DNA of 64,000 nucleotides, from assembly GCA_963841435.1 (NCBI GenBank), contig CAWJCS010000005.1:1728001-1792000 (forward strand). Direction: 5' to 3'. The first letter of the stretch is position 1; every line of letters starts with the position of its first letter. Below, in pieces: positions 20,298 through 32,564 of this stretch. The notes below the pieces were generated by a model that did no database searches, was not told the origin of the DNA, and saw only the letters and a list, made by a program, of their open reading frames with translations. Position numbers and translations under genes: made by a program. This DNA is from an uncultured delta proteobacterium. GTDB taxonomy: Bacteria; Myxococcota_A; Polyangia; Polyangiales; Polyangiaceae.

Positions 20298-21294
20298 CTA
20301 CTCGGCCTTCTTGGAGGGCGCGAGCCGCTTTTGAAACAGCACGGCGAGAATCAGAATCGCGCCCGTGAGCATCAAGCGCGTCTCGCTCGAGTACGCGTTC
20401 AAGCTCAATACCTTCTGCAGGTAACCGAGCGTCAAGGCGCCGATCAGCGTGAGACCGATGCCACCGCGACCGCCGGCGAGGCCGGTGCCACCGAGCACCA
20501 CCATGGCGATGGCGTCGAGCTCGTAGCCGAGCCCTGTCTCCGGGTCTCCTTGGGTTTCTTGCGCGGCCTGGCAAATGCCCGCGACGGCGGCGAGCAGGCC
20601 CGACAGCGCGTAGGCGAAAATCAGGGTGAAACGCACGGGGACGCCCGCGAGACGCGCGGCCTCGAAGTTTCCGCCGACGGCGTACAGGTAGCGCCCGATG
20701 CGAAGGCGCTCGAGCACGACGAACGCCACGAGCGCCACCGCGGCAAAGACGAGTGTCACCACCGACACGCTGCCGCCAAGCACGCGCTGGTCGAGCGCGG
20801 CGAACGCGTCCGGCAGCGGGACGTTCACGAAGCGCCCGTCCGACGTTCTGAAAGTAGCTCGATACCTTCTGCCCGCCCGAGAGCTCCTTGGCAACGCCGC
20901 GCGCGAACACCATCGTCGCGAGCGTCACGATGAACGGGGGCAGGCGTGGTACGGCCACCAGAGCGCCCGACACCGCACCGAAAAGCGTCCCGAGCGCGAG
21001 CGCCGCCGGTCCGGCGAGGAGCGCCGACCAGCCGAGGTGCATCGTGAAGAGCGCGAACCCGACCGACGACAGCGCGAGCACGCTACCCACCGAAAGATCG
21101 ATGCCCGCCGTGACGATGACGACCGTCATGCCGCAGGCGAGGATGCCTTCGACCGCAATCTCGCGCAGTAGCGCGCGGTGTGTTTGCCACTCGAAAAACG
21201 CGCCGCTGGCGTTGAAAAGCGCTCCCACGACGAGCACGGCGAGGAGCGGCAAAAGTGCGCGACCGAGTGGCTTTTCGAGCCAGCGCTTCGTCAT
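20298..21294 (-). CDS. Monosaccharide ABC transporter permease, frameshifted near 20860-20880
   Basis: AGIDLSVG and PPFIVTLA in one frame; GRYLYAVGGN, YELDAIAMVVLGG in another. Confidence 0.88.
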
Positions 21295-22778
21295 GCGGTC
21301 GCTCCCATCACCAGCGAAAGCAGCCGTTCGGTCGCGATCTCGCCGCGTTCGAGGTTGGCGACGATCGCGCCGCGAAAGAGCACGAGCACGCGATCGGCGT
21401 GCTCGACGAGCTCGGTGAGGTCGGACGAGTAAAAGAGCGTGCTCGTGCCGCCCCGCGCGGCGTCGTGCAGGCGGGCGAAGAGGTCGGCCTTGGCGCCGAG
21501 GTTGACGCCTCGCGCCGGATCGTCGAGTAAGAGCAGCCGCGGTCGCGCGGCGAGGCAGCGCAAAAGCGCGACCTTCTGCTGGTTGCCACCCGAGAGGGAC
21601 TCGGCGCGAGCTTCCAGCGAGGCGGCCTTGAGCCTGAGGCGCGCGACCTCGGGCGCGAGCACGCGGCGCTCGGCACCGCGGTCCACGAAGGCGAAAGCGT
21701 GGCCGAGCGTCGCCGTCAGCATTGCGTTGTCGCGCACGCCGAGGTTGGCAAGCACGCTCTCCTTTCGATCGCCGGGCAGGATCGACACGCCGCGCGCGAG
21801 CGCCTGACGCGGGCTCGTCGGCGCGTAGGGGCGGCCGTCGAGCTTTATCGAGCCGGATGCTCGCCGCGCGTCGCCCGAAAGCGCGGCAAAGAGCGCGCTC
21901 GCGCCCGAGCCGTGCGCCCCGGCGACGCCGACGATCTCGCCGGGCTCGACCTCGAAAGACACGCCTCGGAGCGGCGTGCCGGCCGACGAGAGCTCGCGCA
22001 CGGCGAGGCGCACGGGGCCGCGCGCGGCTCGCTCGGGCAGCGGGGCGGGCTCGAGCCTACGTCCCAGCATCGCGAAGAGCAGCTCGTCGCGCCCGAGCTC
22101 GGCGGCGCGCGCCGTGAGCACGCGCTCCCCGTCGCGCAGCACGGTCACTCGGTCGGCGACGCTTTCGATCTCGCGCAGGCGGTGCGAGATGTAGATCACG
22201 CTCGTCCCGCGCAGGACGACGCTCCGCACCCGCTCGAACAGCCGCGCCGTCTCCGACTCGGTGAGCGCGCTCGTGGGCTCGTCCATCACGAGGATGCGCG
22301 CGTCGCGATCGAGCGCTCGTGCGATCTCGACGAGCTGCCGTTCGGCCACGCCGAGCGTTTCGACCGGCGCGTCGGGGTCGACGGCGAGCCCCACGCGCTC
22401 GAGCGCGGTCAGCGCTCGCCCTCGCGCCGCGCGTCGATCGAACGGGCCGAGCGCGGCGCCCTGGGTGCCGAGCGCGAGGTTGTCGGCGACGCTGAGCTCC
22501 GGCACGAGCGAAAGCTCCTGGTGAATCGTCGCGACGCCCGCGCGGAGCGCGTCGGCGGGTCCGCGAAATCGCCGCACGACGCCGTCGATGGCGAGGCTCC
22601 CCTCGAAAGCCGTGACGACGCCCGCAACGACGCGAATGAGCGTGCTTTTCCCGGCGCCGTTCTCGCCGGCCAGAACGTGCACCTCGCCCGGCGAAAGCTC
22701 GAACGAGACGTTGACGAGCGCGCTCGTCGAGCCGAACCGCACCGAGACGCAGCGAAGCTCGAGGCGCGGCGGCGTCAT
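21291..22778 (-). CDS. Monosaccharide ABC transporter ATPase (two-domain)
   Basis: GENGAGKST, HQEL, MDEPTSAL, LSGGNQQK. Confidence 0.93.
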   Translation of the reverse strand: MTPPRLELRCVSVRFGSTSALVNVSFELSPGEVHVLAGENGAGKSTLIRVVAGVVTAFEGSLAIDGVVRRFRGPADALRAGVATIHQELSLVPELSVADNLALGTQGAALGPFDRRAARGRALTALERVGLAVDPDAPVETLGVAERQLVEIARALDRDARILVMDEPTSALTESETARLFERVRSVVLRGTSVIYISHRLREIESVADRVTVLRDGERVLTARAAELGRDELLFAMLGRRLEPAPLPERAARGPVRLAVRELSSAGTPLRGVSFEVEPGEIVGVAGAHGSGASALFAALSGDARRASGSIKLDGRPYAPTSPRQALARGVSILPGDRKESVLANLGVRDNAMLTATLGHAFAFVDRGAERRVLAPEVARLRLKAASLEARAESLSGGNQQKVALLRCLAARPRLLLLDDPARGVNLGAKADLFARLHDAARGGTSTLFYSSDLTELVEHADRVLVLFRGAIVANLERGEIATERLLSLVMGATA

Positions 22779-22800
22779 CGGAGCGTGCCTCGCGGAGTTT

Positions 22801-25005
22801 TCACACCCAGTCGAGGGCGTCGCGGTCCCAAGTGCGGAACGTGCCGTCGATGCGTTGCTCGAGATCGCGCGTGCCGGTTCGAACGCGAAAGTCGAGGTTC
22901 GTCACGAGCTCGGCGATCGGCGCCGGCAGCTCGGCGGGCGGCTTTGTCACGAGCTCGTCGTCGAGCGTGACGAACGTCACCTCCAGGGCCTCCGCGCCCG
23001 CCGTGACGAGCGCGCAACCGTTCTTCACGAGGTCGAGCCAGCCGATGTGTGGGTTCGGGCGGCTCGCCGGATCCTGCAGAAGCGTACCGACGGCGCCCGC
23101 GAGCAGCGCGGCCTCGGCCGGTATGGTCGGGTCGGAAGCGATGGCGCTCTGGATGCCCGTGAGCCAGGTCGTCGACGAAATGCTGCCCGACACGAATTCG
23201 ACGACGCGCGCGCCTTCGTTGCCCTCGGGGTAAGGTGTCCCGGCGAAGAAGGCGTGCAGATCACCCGTGAAAACGGCCACGTTCTCGACATCGGCGAGCT
23301 CGTCGAGCAGGGCGTCGCGCTCGTTGGGCGCGCCGTCCCAGTCCTCGCCGCTGAGCAGGATCTTCTGCTGGTATTGCTGGGGCGCGAAGAGAATCCCCGT
23401 GAGGTCGATGCGGCGGCGCATCAGCGTGTACTCGTTGCCCCAGAGCTTCCACGTGCGCGTCGAGCCCTTCATCGTGTCGAGGAACCAGCGGCGCTGTTCG
23501 TCGCCCATGAGCCGCTCGCTCTCGCCGTCGCTCGCCTTCGCGCGCAGCGCCGCGAGGGCGCGAAACGGGCCCTCCGCCACGAGGTAGCGCGAGCCGACCG
23601 ACGAGTACGGCGAGGTCTTGAGGAGCTGGTGGTACGCATAGCCCCGCTCGAGCGACGTGTCGTCGAGATCGATCGGAGGATCGCCCCCGGCGCCCTCGAT
23701 GATGCCGTTGACCCAAGGTGCCGAGAGCAAGCCCGTGACGCGCGCGGGCTCGACGTTCTGATCGTCGGCGGCAGCGAGCAGCGCGTCGCGAACGGTATTC
23801 CACGCGTCGTCGTCGATGTCGACATACGGCACCGCGTCGTCCGGCACCTCGCCGAGGAGGTCCAGGGCGTCGCTCTTTGTGAGGAACATCGCGCCCGGAA
23901 ACGCGTCCTCGGGGACGACGTGGTCGGGCCGATAGCGCCTCAGATCGGTGAGCACGAGCTCGACGTGTCGGCCGAGCTCGAAGCGACGATACAGCCGAAA
24001 ATCATCAGGAAACGCGGCCGTTTCGTCGAGCGCCGCGGCCGGCGCCGTCTCGTCGTCGAACGGCATGAACTCGAACCATGCGCGATCCGCGTTGCGGCGC
24101 CGCTCGAAGTCCTCCTCGTTCTCGCGCCCGTCTTCGTAGGTTGCGGTGGCCCCGTAGCAGTCGTTCGAGAACTCGTGATCGTCCGGGATCGCGATCATGG
24201 GGAAGAGCTCGTGCACCTTCTGCAGATCGGGATCGCTCCGCGCCGTGCGGTAAAGGTCGCGGTAGTTGTCGAGCGAGCGCGCGGCGAGCACCGCTTCGCT
24301 CGGAGCGTCGTCGCCGATCACGCCGCCGCTCAGCGAAAGGGCTTGCTCCGGCTGCCGGAACACGACGGCGCGCCCAGCCCCGTCGCCGCTCGTCGTGCGC
24401 GTCGTCTCGTACACGTAGTCGCCGAGGTGCAGCACGAAGTCGAGCGGTTGCGCCGCGACGTACCGGAGCACGTGAAAGTACTTGTCGGCGTAGTCCTGGC
24501 AGGACACCACGGCGAAACGCACGCTCACGTCGGCGTCCGGCTCGGGCGCCGTACGTGTCCGGCCGACGCGCGACGCGTGGCGCTCGTCGCCTCGCAGGTA
24601 CGTGAAGCGGTAGTAGTAGGTCGTTCCGGCATCGAGCCCCTCGAGCCGCGCCTTCACGCAGCCGCCGTCCGAGCCGAGAGCCGTGAGCGCCACCGTTTCG
24701 CCGCCGTCGAGCGCGATGCGATCGCGAAAGCCCTCGTCGAGCGCGACCTCGAGCTCGAGCGGAAAGTCCGCTTCCTCGAAGTCTGCGTCTTCGACGCGCG
24801 TCCAGACGACGACGCTCGTGGGCCGCGGATCGCCCGACGCGACCGATAGCGGAAAGTAGACGGGCCCCCGCGTGATCGGTTGCGCCGACCGCTCGCCGTC
24901 GCCGCAGGCTTCGAGCAATCCCGGTGCGGCGACCACCGCGACGGCGCGCAAGAAGTCGCGACGGTGGACTCCAGTCACGTAGGCCTCGTACGGCGTCCGC
25001 GTCAC
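22801..25005 (-). CDS. phoD: Alkaline phosphatase D family protein, Tat-exported lipoprotein
   Basis: RRDFL Tat motif; SVASGDP, VVWTR, SCQDY, LHLGDYVYE, DDHEFSND, DLRRYR, WDG, TGDLH. Confidence 0.92.
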   Translation of the reverse strand: MTRTPYEAYVTGVHRRDFLRAVAVVAAPGLLEACGDGERSAQPITRGPVYFPLSVASGDPRPTSVVVWTRVEDADFEEADFPLELEVALDEGFRDRIALDGGETVALTALGSDGGCVKARLEGLDAGTTYYYRFTYLRGDERHASRVGRTRTAPEPDADVSVRFAVVSCQDYADKYFHVLRYVAAQPLDFVLHLGDYVYETTRTTSGDGAGRAVVFRQPEQALSLSGGVIGDDAPSEAVLAARSLDNYRDLYRTARSDPDLQKVHELFPMIAIPDDHEFSNDCYGATATYEDGRENEEDFERRRNADRAWFEFMPFDDETAPAAALDETAAFPDDFRLYRRFELGRHVELVLTDLRRYRPDHVVPEDAFPGAMFLTKSDALDLLGEVPDDAVPYVDIDDDAWNTVRDALLAAADDQNVEPARVTGLLSAPWVNGIIEGAGGDPPIDLDDTSLERGYAYHQLLKTSPYSSVGSRYLVAEGPFRALAALRAKASDGESERLMGDEQRRWFLDTMKGSTRTWKLWGNEYTLMRRRIDLTGILFAPQQYQQKILLSGEDWDGAPNERDALLDELADVENVAVFTGDLHAFFAGTPYPEGNEGARVVEFVSGSISSTTWLTGIQSAIASDPTIPAEAALLAGAVGTLLQDPASRPNPHIGWLDLVKNGCALVTAGAEALEVTFVTLDDELVTKPPAELPAPIAELVTNLDFRVRTGTRDLEQRIDGTFRTWDRDALDWV

Positions 25006-25108
25006 GCCTGCAAGTCCAGGACCTACTTCGCCGCAGCCCTAGCGGTCGGGCGCTGGTAGGCTTCGGCATCGGCGGTGCCTGTTGCCCGCCGACGAGCTCT
25101 GCACGACG

Positions 25109-25879
25109 ATGGTGCACACGGCGCTCTCACGCACGGATCACCGCCCGTGGCCGCTCCCCGCGCGGCCGTGGACGTGGCGCCAGTCGTGGCAAAAGCTGTT
25201 GTTCGCACATTGGGCGCTGCCAAGCGCCGCGCTCAGACCGCTCGTGCCGCGCGAGCTCGAGCTCGACGTGTTCGACGGGCGCTGTTTCGTGGGTGTCGTG
25301 CCTTTTTGCATGACGGGCGTCATGCGGCGACCGCTGCCGGACCTGCCGTGGCTCTCGGCATTTCCCGAGCTCAACGTGCGCACCTACGTCACGCGCGATG
25401 GCAAGCCCGGCGTGTGGTTCCTCAGCCTCGACGCCACGAACCCCGTCGCAGTGTGGGCAGCGCGCCGTTTCTTCCACCTGCCGTACCATCGCGCGCGCAT
25501 TACGGTTGCGTCCGGCGAGCGTGACGTGCGCTACGTTTCCGAGCGGCCCGGCGCCGCCTTCACGGCAAGCTACGGCCCGACCTCGGGCGTCTTCGCGGCG
25601 CGGTCCGGGTCGCTCGAGCACTTCCTCACAGAGCGCTACTGCCTGTACGCGCGCGCGCCGGGCGGCACCCTGCTTCGCAACGACGTGCACCACCACCCCT
25701 GGCCCCTCCAGCCGGCGCGCGCCGCAATCGAGCGGAACACCATGCTCGCCGTGCACGGCCTCTCCACGCCCGCGGAGCCGCCGCTCTTGCACTTTGCCGA
25801 GCGGGTCGACGTCGTCGTCTGGGGCTCCGAAAGAGTTGACGGCGCGCTCGAGCGCCTGGACGAGCCCGCCGCCCGATGA
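25109..25879 (+). CDS. DUF2071 / YqjF family protein
   Basis: QSWQKLLFAHW, FPELNVRTYV, PGVWFLSLDA, FLTERYCLY, HHPWPLQPA. Confidence 0.9.
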   Translation: MVHTALSRTDHRPWPLPARPWTWRQSWQKLLFAHWALPSAALRPLVPRELELDVFDGRCFVGVVPFCMTGVMRRPLPDLPWLSAFPELNVRTYVTRDGKPGVWFLSLDATNPVAVWAARRFFHLPYHRARITVASGERDVRYVSERPGAAFTASYGPTSGVFAARSGSLEHFLTERYCLYARAPGGTLLRNDVHHHPWPLQPARAAIERNTMLAVHGLSTPAEPPLLHFAERVDVVVWGSERVDGALERLDEPAAR

Positions 25880-25913
25880 CCGCTCGGCGGCCGCGACCGC
25901 AGCGCCGCCCGAC

Positions 25914-26000
25914 GCGAAACGACGACGACGGCGCCGCGCGAAGCGAAACGACGACGGCGCCGCGCGAAGCGAAACGACGACGGCGCCGCGCGAAGCGACA
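25914..26000. repeat. About 3 copies of a 26-bp tandem repeat (GCGAAACGACGACGGCGCCGCGCGAA) between convergent genes
   Basis: Read directly from the sequence. Confidence 0.85.
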
Positions 26001-26037
26001 CGGCGACGGCAGCGTCACCCGCGGGCCAGCTTTCCGC

Positions 26038-27894
26038 TCACTTCGCGGCGAGGTGACTGGGCTCGGGTCGCGACTTTTCTTCGGCGCGCAGGCGGGCGCC
26101 CACCGGGTCCTTCGGAGCGAGTAGCTCCAGGCGCTCCAGCGTTTGCGACAAAAGCTCGTGGTCATCGTGCCCGGCGAGGAAGAGAGCGCGCTGCCGCAGC
26201 GCCGAGACGACCACGGCGCGGGTCGCACCATCGGTCGGCGCGCCGTCGGTCGGCGTCACGGCGCGGACGGCGCGTTCGAAGCGCCCCGTCGCGTGCTCGA
26301 TGGCGAGAGTGCGATCGGAGCGCGCCACGGGGTTCGAACGGAACGCGAGCCAGAACGACTCCGGCAGCACGTGGTCGCTCAGCCGCTCGTCCCAGCCGGG
26401 CTCGAGCTCGACGAAGAGCGGGCGGGCGTCGGCGAGGGAGGTGAGGGCGTACTCACCCGGGCGCCCGTTTAGCGCGATGTCGCGAAGGAGCGGCGCGAGC
26501 GCCGGCTCTGCGTCGATCAAGCGACGCCGCAGCGCCCCCCGCTCGAGCCACGACACCGGGACGATCAGCGCGTCCGGGCGCTCGCCCCGCACGAGCTGCG
26601 CCGCCCACAGCCGGTACGCGAGGGACTCGGAGCGCGCGAGCAAGAGCGCGTGATCCGGCATGCTGGCGAGCCCTTCGTCCGTCCACACTTCGGTGGCGTA
26701 GGTGTCACGGCGCTCCGTGGCGGCCGCTGATGCCTCCGAGCCGACGAACACGAGCGTGAAATCGAACGCCACGAGCAGCACGGCCGCCGGACGCGCGAAC
26801 GGCAGTCGTGCCCGCACGATGCCCAACGCCGCCGCCTGCACGCCGAGCGCCGCCGTGACACCGAGCGCGGCGAGCGCGAGCAACCGCGTGGGAGCGAAGG
26901 GGTCCGCGGCGAGCGGCCCGACGTGTGTGGCGGGCAGCGCGAGATCCACGAGCACGAGCGTGACGAGCGGCAGGAGCGCGCGCCGGACGGTTTTCCTCGC
27001 GAGCCCCACGACGAGGCCGAAGACCGAGAGCGCGAGCGGGACGAGACCCATGTCGGCGAGCCACGCGGAAAGCGCCGTGAGTCGTTCGCTGCCGGCGTCG
27101 CCCGCCGTGAGGCTCGACTGGCCGAGCCCGAAGCCGAGATCGAGCCAGGCGTTCGGTGCCACCGAGCGCATGAAGAGCGCACCCACCACCAAACCCACCA
27201 CCACGCCGGCTCCCGCAGCACCGGCGAGCACGGTGCGAAGCTCGGGCAGCGCGCGTCGCGCGACGGAGCGGGCCGCGAGCGCAAGGAAAAGCGCCAGCGC
27301 CGCCGCGTGGCTCTCGACGGCGGTGACACCCACGAGCGCGCCGACGAGTAGGCTCGAGCGCGCGTCGCGTCGCGGCAGGGCTTCGCTCGCTGCGAGCGCG
27401 GCGAGCGCCGCTGCCGTGCCGAGTGCCGCGCCGCCCACCACGGTTGCCTCGAGCTGGAAGCTCGGCGAGAGCACCGCCGTGAGCGCGGCCGCGAGCGCGA
27501 GCGCCGGATTGAGCGCAGGCATGCGATCGCTCCTCGCGAGCAGCGCGCGAGCGCGGTCGTAAATCAGGCGCGAGGCCAGCGCGAGTGCGAAGCTTGCCGC
27601 CCACGCCGCGCGGAGCCAACGACCGCCCACGGGCAAGAACGAGAACAGCTGGTCGGCGACGATACCGAGCCATCCCTCGCCGCCGAGCGGCAGGAACGCG
27701 AAGCCGGTCACGGCGGGCAGATCGTCGCGCCAGCCGCTGCTCGACCCCGCCCTGAGCAGCGTGATCACGAGGGGCACGACGAGCGACAGCGCCGCGCACG
27801 TCCGCTCGAAGGTCCCTGGTTCTTGCTCGCCCGAGCCGCGCGTCACCGCCCCATCGCTACGGGATCTGGCGGATTTATCCCAATTTTCGGCCAT
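26038..27894 (-). CDS. Polytopic membrane protein, DUF2723 / GT-C glycosyltransferase-like
   Basis: About 11 hydrophobic segments; C-terminal MPDHALLL...LWAAQLVRGERPDALIV resembles the DUF2723-protein motif. Confidence 0.55.
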   Translation of the reverse strand: MAENWDKSARSRSDGAVTRGSGEQEPGTFERTCAALSLVVPLVITLLRAGSSSGWRDDLPAVTGFAFLPLGGEGWLGIVADQLFSFLPVGGRWLRAAWAASFALALASRLIYDRARALLARSDRMPALNPALALAAALTAVLSPSFQLEATVVGGAALGTAAALAALAASEALPRRDARSSLLVGALVGVTAVESHAAALALFLALAARSVARRALPELRTVLAGAAGAGVVVGLVVGALFMRSVAPNAWLDLGFGLGQSSLTAGDAGSERLTALSAWLADMGLVPLALSVFGLVVGLARKTVRRALLPLVTLVLVDLALPATHVGPLAADPFAPTRLLALAALGVTAALGVQAAALGIVRARLPFARPAAVLLVAFDFTLVFVGSEASAAATERRDTYATEVWTDEGLASMPDHALLLARSESLAYRLWAAQLVRGERPDALIVPVSWLERGALRRRLIDAEPALAPLLRDIALNGRPGEYALTSLADARPLFVELEPGWDERLSDHVLPESFWLAFRSNPVARSDRTLAIEHATGRFERAVRAVTPTDGAPTDGATRAVVVSALRQRALFLAGHDDHELLSQTLERLELLAPKDPVGARLRAEEKSRPEPSHLAAK

Positions 27895-27938
27895 TCGGCG
27901 TGGAAGCTCGCGTGCGGAGCCGATGCTAGGCTCCACGA

Positions 27939-28443
27939 GTGACGGCGGGTGGGTCACGTCGCTGCTTGGCGCTTGGCTGGCCGGGGCTGGCCTTCGTCCT
28001 TTTGCCGCTCCAGGCGTGCGGCGGCCTCTCGGCCGATGATCGCGGACGGGGTCCGGATCTGGATGGTGGCGGGCCGAAGTTGACCTGCACCTGGAACGGC
28101 GAAATGTACGCCGACGGGGCGAGCGTTTCGTGGGGCTGCAACTCGTGCTTTTGCGATCACGGTCAAATGGCGTGCACGCTGATTGCATGCACTCCGCCGC
28201 CCTGCGACTACGCGGGCACGACGTACGCCGTCGGCGTGCGGCTGCCCGACGACCGTGAGCCACACGGACGAGCTCGACGCGCTCGCGGCGGAGTACGCCG
28301 GCGCGCAGTGTGTGAGCGACGTGCTCTGCGACGAATGCCCCTTCGGTGACCTGCGCGGCATGTGCGTCGACGGGTCTTGTACGGACGTTTGGCTCGTACC
28401 GAGCCCGCCGTTCGAGCCTCCGCCGTCCGATCCGGCGCCCTAG
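27939..28443 (+). CDS. Cys-rich lipoprotein with VWC/pacifastin-like module, frameshifted or internally deleted near 28230
   Basis: LQAC lipobox; C-x16-CNSCFC-DH-G-QMA-CT-LIA-C; a second repeat CDYAGTTYAVG breaks off and Cys-rich coding continues in another frame. Confidence 0.6.
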
Positions 28444-28603
28444 TCAGCGGGGGCCTGCCGTCTCGCCGCCGCGTGCCGTGCCGTCGTGGGCTACTTCTGG
28501 CTCGACCGCCCGGACCTCGGCTGCTACCTGAACCGCTCGGGCTGCGACGTACCGGCGGCGCGGGTGTGGGCAGAAGAAGACGCCGGCAAGGAATACCAAA
28601 ACG

Positions 28604-29524
28604 GTGCCATCTGCCCCCGCCGCCCTGATCGCGCTTTCGCTCTTCATGTTTGCGCGATCGGCGAGTGCAGACGCCCGCTACGCCGCCGACAGCTTGCTCG
28701 GCGACGTTGAGCGCATCGTGAGCGACACCGAAAGCTCGGGCTGGTTCGTCGACGACGACGCACTGCAGGATGCGCGCCGCGCGTTGCTCGAATCGGTGTG
28801 TCGGACGCCACCCGAATCCCGCGCCCTCGCGCTCGGGCGCCTTGAGCAGGCGAGCCGCGCGGCGGGCTCGGCGCGCTCTCTTTACGAGGCGGAGGGTCGC
28901 AAGCTCACGGCCGTCGTCGTGCGCGCCCGCTTCGTCGAACGCGAGGTTCTCGCCTTGAAGACGGCGATGAGCTGGGCCGAGCGCGATTGTCCTTTCTGGG
29001 TCGAGCCGGAGCCCGGGTTTCGCGGGCTGCAGACCGACCGCGATCGCTTTGCGCTTTCGGTCGAATCGGCCGGCAACGTGCAGATACGGCGCACCGCAGG
29101 CACGACCACGATCGGCGCCGGGGGGCTCGGGCGCCTGCTCGTCGCGCGCGGGTTCGGCGGGCGCTATTCGCTGCTTGCCGGTTTCGAGTTCGGCGGCAAT
29201 GCCATGCTGAGGCCGGGCGCCGTGCCGACGGAGTTCGTCGTGAACTACCTTCCCGCGCTGCCCGTCGTGTTCCGCATTCACCAAGTCGCCTGGCACTACG
29301 AGGTCGAGCTTGCGCCTGTGGCGCTGTTTCAAGCGGACAACGGCGCGTTCAGCTTCGGCGGTCGCGTCGGCGTCGGCATCGGTGTGTCGTCGTTGCGCAC
29401 TCGCGGCGTGATCGCGTGGGCGGGGCTGTCGCTCGCGTACGAGCGCTACGTCGCCTCAGGCCATCGTCCGTCGGCCGACTTCCTGCGAAGCGGTCTGGGC
29501 GTCGGCGTGATTTGGGACGGTTGA
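28604..29524 (+). CDS. Exported hypothetical protein (helical N-domain with Cys pair plus beta-barrel-like C-domain)
   Basis: Signal peptide ending ASA; alternating hydrophobic strands; terminal W. Confidence 0.6.
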   Translation: MPSAPAALIALSLFMFARSASADARYAADSLLGDVERIVSDTESSGWFVDDDALQDARRALLESVCRTPPESRALALGRLEQASRAAGSARSLYEAEGRKLTAVVVRARFVEREVLALKTAMSWAERDCPFWVEPEPGFRGLQTDRDRFALSVESAGNVQIRRTAGTTTIGAGGLGRLLVARGFGGRYSLLAGFEFGGNAMLRPGAVPTEFVVNYLPALPVVFRIHQVAWHYEVELAPVALFQADNGAFSFGGRVGVGIGVSSLRTRGVIAWAGLSLAYERYVASGHRPSADFLRSGLGVGVIWDG

Positions 29525-29569
29525 GGCGCTGTCATTGAACTCCCCCCGAGACGCGCCTATCATCGATTG

Positions 29570-30022
29570 ATGGAGCCAAGCCGCCTGCCACTCGAGGGGC
29601 AGGGGTACAGGACTCCGCTCGGCGAGCTCGACATCTGGGTACCGTCGGCGTCGCTCGTGCTCGTGCGCATGACGGGCGTCGGCGACGCGCGCTTCGCAGG
29701 CCCGGTGCTCGAGCACTTCGACGCCGCCGCCAAGGCGGGCGCGCCCGTGCACCTGTTCGTCGATTTCCAACGTCTCGACACGTACGAGTCCGGCCTTCGA
29801 ACGCGAGCGACCGCTCACCTCGGCGGCCAACGCCAAAACATCGGAGGCCTGCACGTGCTCGTCCGCTCGCGTCTGGTGGCGATGGGCGTCGCCGTCGCGA
29901 ACCTCGCGCTCGGTGGGATCATTCGTGCTCACTCCCAACGGGCCAGCTTCAGCGAGGCGCTCGACCGCGAGCTCCGCGCCCAGGGCGTGGTCGGCTTCTC
30001 GAGCGCCGTTCTCGCGGCGTAG
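29570..30022 (+). CDS. Hypothetical STAS/SEC14-like small protein
   Basis: LFVDF...YESGLR...HVLVRSRLVAMGVAVANL pattern typical of this myxobacterial family. Confidence 0.55.
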   Translation: MEPSRLPLEGQGYRTPLGELDIWVPSASLVLVRMTGVGDARFAGPVLEHFDAAAKAGAPVHLFVDFQRLDTYESGLRTRATAHLGGQRQNIGGLHVLVRSRLVAMGVAVANLALGGIIRAHSQRASFSEALDRELRAQGVVGFSSAVLAA

Positions 30023-30119
30023 GGCCGCTTGGGCCCGCGCATGGCGCGTGACGCGCCCGCCCGGGCGCGCTAAGAGCCGAGCCCCGTCGTACGGCGGGGA
30101 AAAGGCGAGGAATATCAGC

Positions 30120-32009
<1,890 letters not shown>

Positions 32010-32027
32010 CGCGGGGCGCCGCGGCGC

Positions 32028-32564
32028 TCAGAGAAGGAGCGAAAGGAGGCGCTCGGGGTCGGCGTCGACGAGCAAGAGCTCGAGATCCCGTTCTCGCAGG
32101 AAGCCGCGCTCGTGAGCATGCTTCATCAGCGCGACGAGGGGCTGAAAGTAGCCGCCCACGTCGAGCACGCCGATGGGCTTTTCGTGAAAGCCGAGCTGCG
32201 CCCAGCTCCAGACCTCGAACAGCTCTTCCAGGGTTCCGAGCCCGCCGGGCAGGACCATGAACGCGTCGGACAGCGTTGCCATGCGCGCTTTGCGCTCGTG
32301 CATCGTGTCCACGTAGTGAAGCTCGGTGAGGGCGGCGTGTGCGAGCTCGCGATCGGCGAGACTTCGCGGAATGACGCCGACCGCGGCGCCACCCTGAGCA
32401 AGCACCGCGTCGGCGAGCGCTCCCATGACGCCGCCGCCTCCGCCGCCGTACACGAGGCGGATGCCACGGCGCGCGAGCAGCGCCCCGACGCTTCGCGCCG
32501 CCTCGAGCGCCAGGCCGTCGTGCCCCGGGCTCGCACCGCAAAACACGCAAAGGCTCGACGGCAT
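32028..32564 (-). CDS. LOG family nucleotide monophosphate phosphoribohydrolase (TIGR00730-like)
   Basis: CVFCGAS, LVYGGG, MHERK, PGGLGTLEE. Confidence 0.94.
   Translation of the reverse strand: MPSSLCVFCGASPGHDGLALEAARSVGALLARRGIRLVYGGGGGGVMGALADAVLAQGGAAVGVIPRSLADRELAHAALTELHYVDTMHERKARMATLSDAFMVLPGGLGTLEELFEVWSWAQLGFHEKPIGVLDVGGYFQPLVALMKHAHERGFLRERDLELLLVDADPERLLSLLL

Noticed and set aside
22588-24849. 753-aa plus-strand ORF
   Set aside because: Antisense shadow of phoD caused by high-GC codon bias; no recognisable motifs.
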